Virus record (IMG/VR): IMGVR_UViG_3300005764_001667
Span: 1-56,241 of that record
DNA: 56,241 nt
Source: a virus
Lineage: Duplodnaviria; Caudoviricetes
Strand: one strand, 5' to 3'
In this document: piece by piece, positions 47,082-56,192 of the stretch
Position numbering within the stretch: the first letter of the stretch is position 1
Layout of the letters: each line of letters opens with the position of its first letter
The notes under the pieces: model-generated
The model's database searches: none
What the model saw: the letters and a program-made list of their open reading frames with translations, nothing else
What the model was told of the DNA's origin: nothing
Made by a program: the position numbers and the translations under genes

Positions 47082-48137
47082 CTATCGTCTGGATGCCACC
47101 CATATAACAGAGTGCTTGGCCCGCGAAGCGGCGGTGTAGGCCCAGCGTTTGTGGTCCCACCTGTCGCAAATCTGCTCGTATACCAGGATGTTGTCCCACT
47201 CGTCCCCCTGGCTTTTATGGCAGGTGACGCAGTATCCGTAGTCGAAAGGATTGGGCGGGTCGAAGCCCGGTTTGAGTTCGGTCTTTTCCTTGCCGAATTG
47301 CTCGCGGTCGTAGGTTATATAGTAAAACATCTGCCCGTTGGCCTCGAAGTCGAACATATCGGCCCGGTGCAGCTTCTTCACCACCCCCTGCATCCCGTTA
47401 AAGATGCCGAGGCGCTTGTTGTTCTTCAGGCACATGACCCGCTCGTTGATCTCCACCAGGGCCTTCTTGCCGAGGGCGTGGCGGATGCGCTCGTTGGTGT
47501 TGACCCGGAACTTGTTGTAAGCGCAGATTATCTGGTCCGTGTGGGTCAGGTGTTCATCTTTGATGACGTGGACCGTGCCGATCTGGACCTTCTGGCGGTC
47601 GGTGAACGTCCAGGGGGAGCGGCCCATGCGCAAGTGTTCGGCAAAGTGGGCGATCTCCCCGGCGTTTCGATGCACCGTCTCCAGCTTGTACATCGGGTTG
47701 CCCATGAGGTTGAAATCGCTGCCGACCGGCTCAAGCTGCCCGTGGTCCCCGACGTAGATGATGGGCAGGCCGAAGGACCGCAGGTCGGTGTCCAGTTCCT
47801 TGCTGACCATCGACCCTTCGTCCACGATGAAGCCCCGCTTGGTGAAATCGAGCGGGTGGATCAAGTCGAAGTAGATGTGGCCGTCTTCGCCCTCGAAGGC
47901 CCGGTAGATCGTGCTGTGGATGGTCTGGGCGTTGTGGATGCCCTTGCGCCGCAGGACGTTCGCGGCCTTGCCGGTGAAGGCGCACACGGCCCAATCCGGG
48001 AGTTTCTGGATCAGAACCGAGATGAGCGTGGTCTTGCCGGTGCCGGCGTAACCGCCCACGGTCTGGATTTGCTCCTGCTCCTTATTCTGGAGGAGGGACT
48101 TGATGATCGTCTTCTGTTCGTCGCTGAGCGTTGGCAT
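47082..48137 (-). CDS. Dda/RecD-like SF1B helicase
   Basis: GYAGTGKT, AFTGKAA, DEGSMV, GD.GQL.PV, TCHKSQG.EW, YTA.SRA. Confidence 0.9.
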   Translation of the reverse strand: MPTLSDEQKTIIKSLLQNKEQEQIQTVGGYAGTGKTTLISVLIQKLPDWAVCAFTGKAANVLRRKGIHNAQTIHSTIYRAFEGEDGHIYFDLIHPLDFTKRGFIVDEGSMVSKELDTDLRSFGLPIIYVGDHGQLEPVGSDFNLMGNPMYKLETVHRNAGEIAHFAEHLRMGRSPWTFTDRQKVQIGTVHVIKDEHLTHTDQIICAYNKFRVNTNERIRHALGKKALVEINERVMCLKNNKRLGIFNGMQGVVKKLHRADMFDFEANGQMFYYITYDREQFGKEKTELKPGFDPPNPFDYGYCVTCHKSQGDEWDNILVYEQICDRWDHKRWAYTAASRAKHSVIWVASRR

Positions 48138-48326
48138 CTGCTTCTTTCTTTCTGAACTTCCAGCACTTGAGGCAGTATTCGTATTGGGGCCAGTCCGGTT
48201 CGTCCAGACCAGCCCAATAGAATATACTCCAAATGTGGCCGAACGTCAGTCCGCAAAGCCACCGCCGCCACCAACCAGGATGGGGGACGAGCGACCTGGG
48301 CCAGCGATCCTTCGGCCAGAACTCGC

Positions 48327-48722
48327 TCATCGCAGTGCCTTCGGGGACCAGAACTTAACTTCGATATGGCCGTTGCATCGCCCTTTCACGGGTTTGGCCA
48401 GCAGCCGGCCCTTGCGGTCGATCTGAAACTTCACCGCGTAGTCATAGTCGCTGAAATTCGTGCCGTTCAAAGTTTCCTTGGTCCGAAGCACGCCGTCCTT
48501 ATATTCCCAGGTGCCGTAGTACCGGGTGGCTCCCAGCGTGCAGTAAAACTGGTTCCCGGTTTGGAGGACGTAAACCCCGTCCTGGCCGGAGTAGGTCCAT
48601 TGGAATTCGTGACCGGCCAGGTGTTTTTCCTCGACCTTGGGTATTGGTTTGGGCAGGGGGGCGGGAGCCGCCTGGCAGAGTCCCGCGAGTAACAGGCCGA
48701 ATCCGATCAGCAGGCGCTTCAT
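48327..48722 (-). CDS. exported protein with APAP motif
   Basis: Signal peptide then AAPAPLPKP. Confidence 0.65.
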   Translation of the reverse strand: MKRLLIGFGLLLAGLCQAAPAPLPKPIPKVEEKHLAGHEFQWTYSGQDGVYVLQTGNQFYCTLGATRYYGTWEYKDGVLRTKETLNGTNFSDYDYAVKFQIDRKGRLLAKPVKGRCNGHIEVKFWSPKALR

Positions 48723-48737
48723 GCGCTCCTCCGTGAG

Positions 48738-49220
48738 TTAAATCTCGTCTCGATACTTCTCCCCGACCTCTCGGACAATTTCCCCATCCGGGCCTTTTTT
48801 GAAAGTCGTCACCCGCAGGGGCCGCTCGCCCTTGGCCCATTGAAGACTTTCTTGCAGTCCCCGCACGATCCTCTGGCCCACCGTCTGCGGCTCGCCCAAC
48901 TTCTCACTCGCTTTCCAGGCTTGCTCAATGCTGGAGCCGATCCGGGCAAACAGATCGTCCGGGGCGTAGCCGGGAAACGCGGTGCCGGTGGCGTGATATT
49001 GCTCGGCCTTCCAGTGGCAGTTGTCCTGGTCGTCACCCGCGCAGAGGGTGATGCCGTTCTCCGCGACATAGCCGCCGTTGGGCATGGCGTGGCGGTCTTC
49101 GATGTGGTGTGCGTCCAGTTTACAGCCCTTGCGCCCGCACATGACGCACTGGTGGCCGTCCCGCTCGAAGCAGGCGGTGCGGAAGGCTTCGCGGACGGCT
49201 TTTTTGTCGGCCTTAGCCAT
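48738..49220 (-). CDS. HNH endonuclease
   Basis: RDGHQCVMCG...LDAHHI...NGITLC...CH. Confidence 0.8.
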   Translation of the reverse strand: MAKADKKAVREAFRTACFERDGHQCVMCGRKGCKLDAHHIEDRHAMPNGGYVAENGITLCAGDDQDNCHWKAEQYHATGTAFPGYAPDDLFARIGSSIEQAWKASEKLGEPQTVGQRIVRGLQESLQWAKGERPLRVTTFKKGPDGEIVREVGEKYRDEI

Positions 49221-50553
49221 GCAAGTACACCACGACTTTCTGTAGCTCGCACAGGGCGTCCCGCAACTCGTTGGCGCTGCACCGTACTTTAGCGCCGGAC
49301 CTGCCCAGGGGGCACCAGTCGGTGTCGGCACAGGAACAGTGGCCGGGCAGTGCGATATTCTGCCCCTTATTTTGCGGGCTAAAACGTTTGTAGGGCTGTT
49401 CCTCAAAGCTCTCCAGTTCCCGGAGGAATTCCTTGTCCGTCATCCTTACCCTCCTTGGTCTTTTTCATCGCTGGCAAACCGGGAATGGCACCGGGTTTGA
49501 CGTGATGGCAAACCTCCGGCGGCGGGTCGGCGGGCGTCAGGCCGCAACTCGGCATGTGTTTCACTTCGCCGCAGCCAAACCAGACACGATACCACCCTGG
49601 CCAGTCCCCTTTCCCCACCACCAATCCCAGGGCGTCCCGATTCCACACCCAGGACAGAATGTCAAAATCGGGGTACTCCGGCTCTTGGAGGACGATCTTG
49701 CGGCGCTTGCCTTTCTCATCGAACATGCTCGGCCCGGCGTGCCCAGAGAATTTCAGGTCTGCGAAATAAGAACCGACCTCCTGCTCATTGCGCACCCGCA
49801 TGAAGGTTCGCAGGGCTGCTTCAAGGTCCGGCGTTTGATTCATGACCTTGCCGTTATAAACCACTTCCCAACCCTTCGTGTGGCCCGGCCCGCCGTAGCC
49901 GATCTCCCGCAGTTCCAGGGTGGAGTCGTGGTCCAGGCAGCCCTTTTCCGCAAAGGCCGGGCCGACGATGCGGATAACGAAGTCGCGCTGGCTGGCGAGC
50001 AGAGTCAGGATCGCCACTTCCAACCTTTCCTCGTCGCCCGTGGACCAGTAGTAGCGGCGGATTTCCTGGTCACCCTGTTTATAGACCACCAGTTCTCCGG
50101 CCCGCCAGGGGTGACGGACGGTTTCGTGGGTGGCGCGAAGCGGCTCTCCTTGCGGTTTCATTGGCATTCCTCCGGCCATTCGATGACGTTGGTGGTCGCT
50201 TCCTTCAGTGTAGCGTAGTCGATGATCCCGTGGTAGCTGAAATGCGGCTCTCCGGCTGCCTTGCAAAACGCCCGCAGGGTTTCATCCGACTCCATCATCT
50301 GGAGAACCATGTCAAGCTTCATGCCGCTTTGGTACATCCGCTCGTAATACTCGACCTCCTCCGGCGGGTCGTCGCGCAACTGCTCTCCGAAGATTACCTC
50401 CTCGCCCAACATCACCCGCAGGTAACCCCAACGATACCGTGCGTAGACCTCCTGGCCGTCCGCCGTCTTGCCCACCCAGGAAGACGGGCAGCCGAAGCAG
50501 GTCTGTTCGACCGTCACCACGGTTACTTTGCTGACTTCTCGGTATTCCTTCAT
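49213..50553 (-). CDS. three hypothetical ORFs (49213-49443, 49403-50161, 50158-50553)
   Basis: Coupled co-oriented ORFs. Confidence 0.55.
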
Positions 50554-50554
50554 C

Positions 50555-51094
50555 CTACCACTCAATATACTGCGCCGGAACGTGATCTGTTAACCAGACT
50601 CCGTTCTCGGACTGGTAGAATTTGTAGCCGGCGTCGTGCATGTCGCCGGCACGCACACGCAGAATCACGGGTCTTCCGCGCCGCAGGGCGACCTTGCGGG
50701 CCGTTTCCTGGTCCGGGGACAGGTGAACGTGATGCCGCCGCATCTTGTGCAGCCCTTTTTCCCTTATGGTGGGGGCAAACCGATCCACGGTGCCGTGAAA
50801 CAGATGGTTGGGAGGTCGTTTTTCAACAAGCTGGAGATCAACCGGAGTGGAGTGACCCTGGTTGGCGCGGATGAGGGTTTGCGTCTCGTCCAGCGAGAAG
50901 CGTTTCTTGTCGTTGTTATCCACGCATTCTTTTATTTCCTCCGGCGTGACCGGGAATCCTTGTTGACGAGCGCCCTCGATGACGCTGGCCAGAGAAACCC
51001 AGCCGCCGGGCATCAACGTCAGGCCCAGGGCCTCCGGCTCGTGCCGCAGGTACTTGGCGAGGAACTTGCTCACGCGAATATGTCGGGGTGTCAT
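50555..51094 (-). CDS. kptA: RNA 2'-phosphotransferase (Tpt1/KptA)
   Basis: SKFL...LRH, K.RF, IRANQGHS, FHGT, RHHVHLS, SENGVWL. Confidence 0.95.
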   Translation of the reverse strand: MTPRHIRVSKFLAKYLRHEPEALGLTLMPGGWVSLASVIEGARQQGFPVTPEEIKECVDNNDKKRFSLDETQTLIRANQGHSTPVDLQLVEKRPPNHLFHGTVDRFAPTIREKGLHKMRRHHVHLSPDQETARKVALRRGRPVILRVRAGDMHDAGYKFYQSENGVWLTDHVPAQYIEW

Positions 51095-51663
51095 GATGAA
51101 TACTGCTTTACGGCGATTCGGGAATAGCGGAGAACGTCGTCCAGGGTTCCGTAGCGCGGCCACGGGATGGTGGTGATGAAGTCGGGGTCTTCTTTTGAGT
51201 TAGCCTCCCACGTTTTCCAGTCCGGGCCGTTGGCATCACTAACCCGGTCGTCATTGACATACGCATGTGCCTTCAGGTAACCGCCGTGCAGGCTGGCGCT
51301 CTGGGTCCAAATGCTGCTCCAGAACGAGGAGATGACCGCCTTGAAGAAACTTTCCTCCTCCGGGTAGCCGTTTTTCACGCTCTCCATGCAAATACGCAAG
51401 TCCTGGTTATAGACGTTCCACAAGTTCGGGTAGAAAAGGCATTGGTCCCGTTGACGCAGGGATTCGTTGCGGAACGCCAGGTGCAAGGTGATGTGGTGGT
51501 GCCTGGTATATGCAATAATAAATACCAGCCAAGGAAAGGCCAGGAAGTGGGTATAGTGTTTAGCAGCGCGATCATGCTCCGATACGCGGACGGAGATTAC
51601 TCGACAACACGGCGGCGTTTCGAGGACCGCGATCCCGTCCTCAGCATAGCGAAGCCTCAACAT
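51091..51663 (-). CDS. possible prokaryotic E2 family D-like protein
   Basis: FP.LVF...L.NVY...IC...FW.S pattern. Confidence 0.4.
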   Translation of the reverse strand: MLRLRYAEDGIAVLETPPCCRVISVRVSEHDRAAKHYTHFLAFPWLVFIIAYTRHHHITLHLAFRNESLRQRDQCLFYPNLWNVYNQDLRICMESVKNGYPEEESFFKAVISSFWSSIWTQSASLHGGYLKAHAYVNDDRVSDANGPDWKTWEANSKEDPDFITTIPWPRYGTLDDVLRYSRIAVKQYSS

Positions 51664-51678
51664 ACATCGCGGCTCCTT

Positions 51679-52011
51679 TTATTTGCAGCACCATGCGATG
51701 AGGCACGCGACCCCAAGCACGCAGAGGCCGATAGCGACCCAATACCACCAGGCCGATCCGTGACGGGCGCGTGGCACCCACATCGTTATGTGCGGCTTGT
51801 GGTGCTGGGCGGCGTCCTGGCGTGTGAGCTTATCGAGGAACAGGTGGCAGTTGCCGCAGTAGTGCTGTTGAATATCGTCCCGGTTGTAGCTGGTCATGCC
51901 GCACAGGTGGCAGGTTATGCCGCCGTCGCGGACGGTGTAATTTTTACCCTGGTGTTCTTTCTTGGCCTGCTCCAAGTGCTGTTGGATAAGCCGGCGATTA
52001 CTTTGAGTCAT
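51679..52011 (-). CDS. Zn-finger membrane-anchored protein
   Basis: CHLCG..S....D....YCGNCH; C-terminal TM. Confidence 0.55.
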   Translation of the reverse strand: MTQSNRRLIQQHLEQAKKEHQGKNYTVRDGGITCHLCGMTSYNRDDIQQHYCGNCHLFLDKLTRQDAAQHHKPHITMWVPRARHGSAWWYWVAIGLCVLGVACLIAWCCK

Positions 52012-53179
52012 AATGCACCCGCTCCCCGAAAATGTGCGGCACGAAGCGGCTCATGTTCTGGGTGATCCGGCCCCCGTCCTCGCGGACGCCCATGCCGCAA
52101 GCCCAGCCGTTGACGATCCAGCTTCCGATCACCGGGAAGTGGCCGTCGAAATTTGGAAGTTCCCAAAGTTCTTGGTATATTGCAGGGCCGTCGTATGGCC
52201 CCTCCGTCTCCTCCACCTTCTCGCCATGCTCGAAGATGGCGATGTTGGCACCCTCCCGTGACAAGATCGGTTTCTTCACATAATCCTTGATGTCGTGGAT
52301 TTCCAGGTCCACCGGGTCGAAGTAGCACGCCAGCAAGTAAGTGTTGTTCGGATACAACTCCCACAACGTCGGCAGTAGTGCCTTGTTGCTTAACAGGGAC
52401 TTCCAGGGCGGCTCCCACCACTTGGTCCGGGCCTGGCGCAGATACGGGCCAAACTGCTCGCGCATCAGCCATTCCCAGGGGTAGAGTTTGAAGATTTGTT
52501 TGATCTCCCGCTCTTGCAAGTCGGTGAAGATGCCGCTCGCCTGGTTCCAGCCCACGTCGTCTATGTCCAGGTACTCCACCCCCGCCAACGGCCCGAAGCC
52601 CGCCTGCACGGCCACGTCCTTGAGGTAGTTGACGGTCATGTAGTCTTCGACGCTGCCCTTGAGCGCTGCGAAATAAAAACGCTCATCCCCGACCTGTTCG
52701 CGGATGACTTTGAAGACTTCGAGGAGGCGGTCGTGGATGCTGTTGAACTGGTCGCCGCCCGGATGCACGTCTTTCAACCAGAACCACTGGATCACCGAGG
52801 CTTCGAGCAGGGACGTTGGCGTGTCGGCGTTGTACTCAAAAAGCATCGGGTCGTGGCCGGGCTGGAAGCAGAAGTCGAAGCGACCGTAGATGGTGTGGTC
52901 ATCTTCTTCCCAGGAGCGCACGATGTAGTCGTCGTAACCGGGCGGGATTTGGAAGCGGTCGAAAAGATCGTGGTCGATGATGTGCTGCACCGCCGCCAGG
53001 CACATCTCGTTGAGGGCGTAAGTGGCCTTCTCGATCTGGTCCACTTCTGCGCGGCTGAATTCGTAGTAGGCAGACTCGTTCCAGTAGGGCGCACCGTCCT
53101 CGCTGGTGTGGAAATAGAGTCCCTGGCCTTCCACTATTTTCTGCCAGTTCTCACGAGGTTCCACCGTGAGCCTTCGCAT
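51998..53179 (-). CDS. glutathionylspermidine synthase family ATP-grasp ligase (YgiC/YjfC-like)
   Basis: YW.E.AYY, YGRFD, EYNADTPTSLLEA, FKLYPWEW, EPPWK..LSNK, KP..SREGAN, RED. Confidence 0.93.
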   Translation of the reverse strand: MRRLTVEPRENWQKIVEGQGLYFHTSEDGAPYWNESAYYEFSRAEVDQIEKATYALNEMCLAAVQHIIDHDLFDRFQIPPGYDDYIVRSWEEDDHTIYGRFDFCFQPGHDPMLFEYNADTPTSLLEASVIQWFWLKDVHPGGDQFNSIHDRLLEVFKVIREQVGDERFYFAALKGSVEDYMTVNYLKDVAVQAGFGPLAGVEYLDIDDVGWNQASGIFTDLQEREIKQIFKLYPWEWLMREQFGPYLRQARTKWWEPPWKSLLSNKALLPTLWELYPNNTYLLACYFDPVDLEIHDIKDYVKKPILSREGANIAIFEHGEKVEETEGPYDGPAIYQELWELPNFDGHFPVIGSWIVNGWACGMGVREDGGRITQNMSRFVPHIFGERVHYDSK

Positions 53180-53480
53180 CTCGCTTCTCCAACTCGTCCG
53201 CGATGTCGAACATGGTTCGCTCGTCGCCGCAGTACAAGGTCCGCAGACCGTCCGCTAGTTCCTGGGAAGTCATGGGGACTGTCTTGACCACCACACCCAG
53301 CAGTGCCTCCATGTCCCGGACGGCGTTGTGGTCACCCGCCGGGCCAATGCCGATTTTCAGTACCCCGTCCTTGTAGCTGAGCGGAAGGACGTGGTAAAGC
53401 ATCGTCAGAGTTTCGGGGATGAGATGTGCCGCGCCACGCTGGTCGTCGTGCGGCACGGCCCATTCATGGTAGGTCTTCAT
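53151..53480 (-). CDS. stand-alone GspE/PilB N-terminal domain
   Basis: LIPE......VLPL...G.L.I......A..D....LG..V........L...L..LY. Confidence 0.6.
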   Translation of the reverse strand: MKTYHEWAVPHDDQRGAAHLIPETLTMLYHVLPLSYKDGVLKIGIGPAGDHNAVRDMEALLGVVVKTVPMTSQELADGLRTLYCGDERTMFDIADELEKRDAKAHGGTS

Positions 53481-53482
53481 GC

Positions 53483-53797
53483 CTAGCTCCCCGCAGCCGC
53501 ATGACCCATGCCGCCGAAACCGCCCCGCACGGAAATCGAAGGGGACTTCGCGCCGCCCGATGCCATCCCGTGCCCGCTAAAAACTGCCGCACCACCGGCG
53601 TGCGGGAAAATAACGCTGCCGGCGGTGTCAGGCATGGGCGCGGCGTGGGGATAAATGATGTAGCCACCGCCCCGCACTACGGGCCGATCCCGGTCGTCGT
53701 GATCCGGCGGGCCGTGACCGGCACAACCGGCCAGGATCAGCGACGACGAGATCAGCCACAGGTTTATTTTCTTTGAGAGTCTGCTGTAAAGCCACAC
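53483..53797 (-). CDS. YgiB/DUF1190-like lipoprotein
   Basis: Lipobox LAGC; C-terminal RGGFG; operon position. Confidence 0.65.
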   Translation of the reverse strand: MWLYSRLSKKINLWLISSSLILAGCAGHGPPDHDDRDRPVVRGGGYIIYPHAAPMPDTAGSVIFPHAGGAAVFSGHGMASGGAKSPSISVRGGFGGMGHAAAGS

Positions 53798-53803
53798 GGT
53801 TGC

Positions 53804-54046
53804 TCACCGTACCACTTGACCCACGAGGTAGGCGATTCCCAGGAGGATCGCAGCAATAACGATGGCGACGGCGGTGTTTTTGTGTTCGGAGAGTTCGCGC
53901 TGGAAGTGGACGCTGGGGAACAGCCAGTCGAACAGCTTGAATCCGAACAACATCAGCGCGATGCCGATGAGGCCGAAGATGAGCGATCCTGCCATTCCCT
54001 CCCCGATTTTCTCCCAGGAGAGTTCAGCAAAGAGCAACATTACCAA
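53804..54046 (-). CDS. DUF350 membrane protein
   Basis: Two TMs, 'FD...P.....EL...N.AVAIV'. Confidence 0.8.
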   Translation of the reverse strand: MVMLLFAELSWEKIGEGMAGSLIFGLIGIALMLFGFKLFDWLFPSVHFQRELSEHKNTAVAIVIAAILLGIAYLVGQVVR

Positions 54047-54086
54047 CTCCTTTTTGAAATGTGGACACCTTGCACCCAGGGCTGGA

Positions 54087-55370
54087 TTATACCGGGTGGT
54101 CCAAAGGTTGTAAAGCCAAACCAGGGGCGAAGCAGTGGAGCATCGGGAGCAGCGCCGCCACCGTCGCGGGGGAAGGCTTTTTCTCCCGATTCTTGTTGTA
54201 AAACCCCATCAGGGTGGAGACGACCTTGTTGACCTTCCAGCTTTGTAAGTAGTGGTGGACCTGGGCGTGGAGATCGGTCAGGTCGATGTCGTTTTCACCG
54301 GGCTGGGACAGCCAGCGCCGCAGCCGGCCCAGGAACCGGCGAATACCCGTGATGGCTTTGTCGTCCCAATCACCCCCTTCCTGATACGGTCCCAGGAACA
54401 TTAGATAAAGGCGCAGTTCGTCGGGGTCGTAATCGTCGGGGTTGACGGCGTTGCCTTTGCTTTTTCCCATCTTGGCACCGCCCGCCGTTATCATGCCCTG
54501 GTGGACGACGTGTTTGAAGGGTTCCTCCTGCGTGACGATGCCCAAGTCGTAGAGGAACATATTGATAAAGCGGGCGTAGATCAGGTGCATACACGCATGT
54601 TCCGGCCCGCCAACGTACAGGTCCACCGGCTGATAGTTGTGGGCGTGCAGGAAAACCTCCGGGTCATTTTCCAGGTAGCGGAGGAAATAAAAGCTGGAAT
54701 CCACGAACGTGTCCAGCGTGTCCGTGTCGCCCTCGATGGGGATGGGGCAACCCCACTTGCGTTGGCGGGACACGCACCAGTCACGCAGGCCCTCCAGCCA
54801 GACCCTCTGCTGCTTGCGGGTGCCTTCGGGGTAGTCGATCCGGTCCAGGTTGTCGATGAGCCGGTCCTTGTAGGCGGTGATTTTGAAATACCACTGGTTG
54901 AGTTGGCGGACCTCCGGCTTGGCGCTACAACGATTGCAGTAGCCACCGCTCACCTGCTCGTTCGCCAGCACGGTGTCGCAGGAGGGGCAGTAGTTGACCG
55001 GGCCGAAGGCTTTGTACGCCAGCCCCTTGTTCTTCAGCAGGGTGAAGAGCCACTGCGTCCATTTGTAGTAGGAAGGGTCACAAGTCACCAGCTTTTCTTC
55101 GTACTGCGTGTTCATGCGGGCCATCTGCGCCCGGAACCGTTCGATGTTGCCCCAGGTGACGGTCTTGGGGTCGCCGCCGATGGAGCGGGCGTAGTTCTCC
55201 GCAGGCAGGCCGAAGGCGTCGTAGCCGAAGGGCTGGAAGACTTCGGTGCCGAGGTAACGCAGCCACCGGCAGTAGGAGTCCACGATTGCGTAGTTGTAGC
55301 AGTGCCCCAGGTGCAGGCCCGCGCCGGACGGGTAGGGAAACATCACGCAGCAATAGAATGGTTTACTCAT
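54087..55370 (-). CDS. leuS: minimal leucyl-tRNA synthetase (427 aa; CP1, CP2, Leu-specific and C-terminal domains absent)
   Basis: MFPYPSGAGLHLGH, DAFGLPAEN, YYKWTQW.F, TVLANEQV, LRDW..SRQR.WG.PIP, DTFVDSS, YVGG.EHA..HL.YARF, KMGKSKGN. Confidence 0.95.
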   Translation of the reverse strand: MSKPFYCCVMFPYPSGAGLHLGHCYNYAIVDSYCRWLRYLGTEVFQPFGYDAFGLPAENYARSIGGDPKTVTWGNIERFRAQMARMNTQYEEKLVTCDPSYYKWTQWLFTLLKNKGLAYKAFGPVNYCPSCDTVLANEQVSGGYCNRCSAKPEVRQLNQWYFKITAYKDRLIDNLDRIDYPEGTRKQQRVWLEGLRDWCVSRQRKWGCPIPIEGDTDTLDTFVDSSFYFLRYLENDPEVFLHAHNYQPVDLYVGGPEHACMHLIYARFINMFLYDLGIVTQEEPFKHVVHQGMITAGGAKMGKSKGNAVNPDDYDPDELRLYLMFLGPYQEGGDWDDKAITGIRRFLGRLRRWLSQPGENDIDLTDLHAQVHHYLQSWKVNKVVSTLMGFYNKNREKKPSPATVAALLPMLHCFAPGLALQPLDHPV

Positions 55371-55518
55371 TCTTACGGACTCCAGGCCACCACGTTCGCA
55401 GGTTCGCTTCCGCCGCCTCCGCTTTATATTTCAAAAACAGGGCAATTAGAAACTCCCGGCGCACTTCGTCCGGGAGTTGTTCGATTTTGTCGAGGATGTT
55501 CTTTTCGTCTTCGCTCAT
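55363..55518 (-). CDS. 51-aa hypothetical protein
   Basis: Manual translation MSEDEKNILDKIEQLPDEVRREFL..., coupled to both neighbours. Confidence 0.5.
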   Translation of the reverse strand: MSEDEKNILDKIEQLPDEVRREFLIALFLKYKAEAAEANLRTWWPGVRKNE

Positions 55519-56192
55519 TTTTTCGCTCGTACAAACTTCTGGGTGTCTTTATTGTACGAGGCGAAAAGCCTGAATTCCTTGACGCAGTTAATGTCCCACA
55601 GTACGCCGCTCGCGCAGTCCCAGCCGTAATACCATTGGGACAGCAGCCGCTTCTGGTAGAGGTAGGGGGCGATCTCCACGCCCGCATATTTCTCAGCCAC
55701 CGCCGGCCAGTCGATATAATCCATCCGCAGGCCACCGTCCCGGCGGCGCAGGGGTTTCAGGATCGCCTTCAGGCGTTCGTCCCGTTCCCAGGGCGGGCCG
55801 CAGGAGAACTCGTCCTCGAAGTCTTCAAACTCCTTAATGGTAGCAATGACACGCAGGGCGCTGGTGTCCACAACCAGTTCGTAGAAGTAGCGTTCACTGC
55901 CTCGGAAACGCTCACATAGGCACCAGTCAGCCCAGGAGCCGTCGATCCCCCACCAAAAGCCGGTTGGGACTGGTTCCGGCTGTTCCAGCGAGTACGTCGC
56001 CGGCTTATAGTCCAATTGGTCCGGCGGGTATTCAATCTCCAGCTTCTTGATCTTCTTCTTCGACAAGTGCAGGCGGCGGTCCCCTTTGAGGCGGTCGATA
56101 AATTTCCGCATCGCCGTGTTGACCGGGCTGGCTTCGTGGCGGCGATGGTGCGCCCGCGTCTTCTTGATGCGTTCCTTGAGAGACTTGTCCAT
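55515..56192 (-). CDS. hypothetical protein
   Basis: IDW..V...YAG.EI...WYYGWDCASG motif; upstream TAAATA. Confidence 0.7.
   Translation of the reverse strand: MDKSLKERIKKTRAHHRRHEASPVNTAMRKFIDRLKGDRRLHLSKKKIKKLEIEYPPDQLDYKPATYSLEQPEPVPTGFWWGIDGSWADWCLCERFRGSERYFYELVVDTSALRVIATIKEFEDFEDEFSCGPPWERDERLKAILKPLRRRDGGLRMDYIDWPAVAEKYAGVEIAPYLYQKRLLSQWYYGWDCASGVLWDINCVKEFRLFASYNKDTQKFVRAKK

Noticed and set aside
55363-55518. Leu-sensing leader for leuS
   Set aside because: Leu codons are scattered rather than clustered, and the ORF is coupled like an ordinary gene; no analogous Thr or Met leaders seen for thrS or metG
7745-55919. Long antisense ORFs (e.g. 7745-9310+, 17854-19002+, 33923-35125-, 54501-55919+)
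   Set aside because: Shadows of GC3-rich real genes on the opposite strand; no motifs
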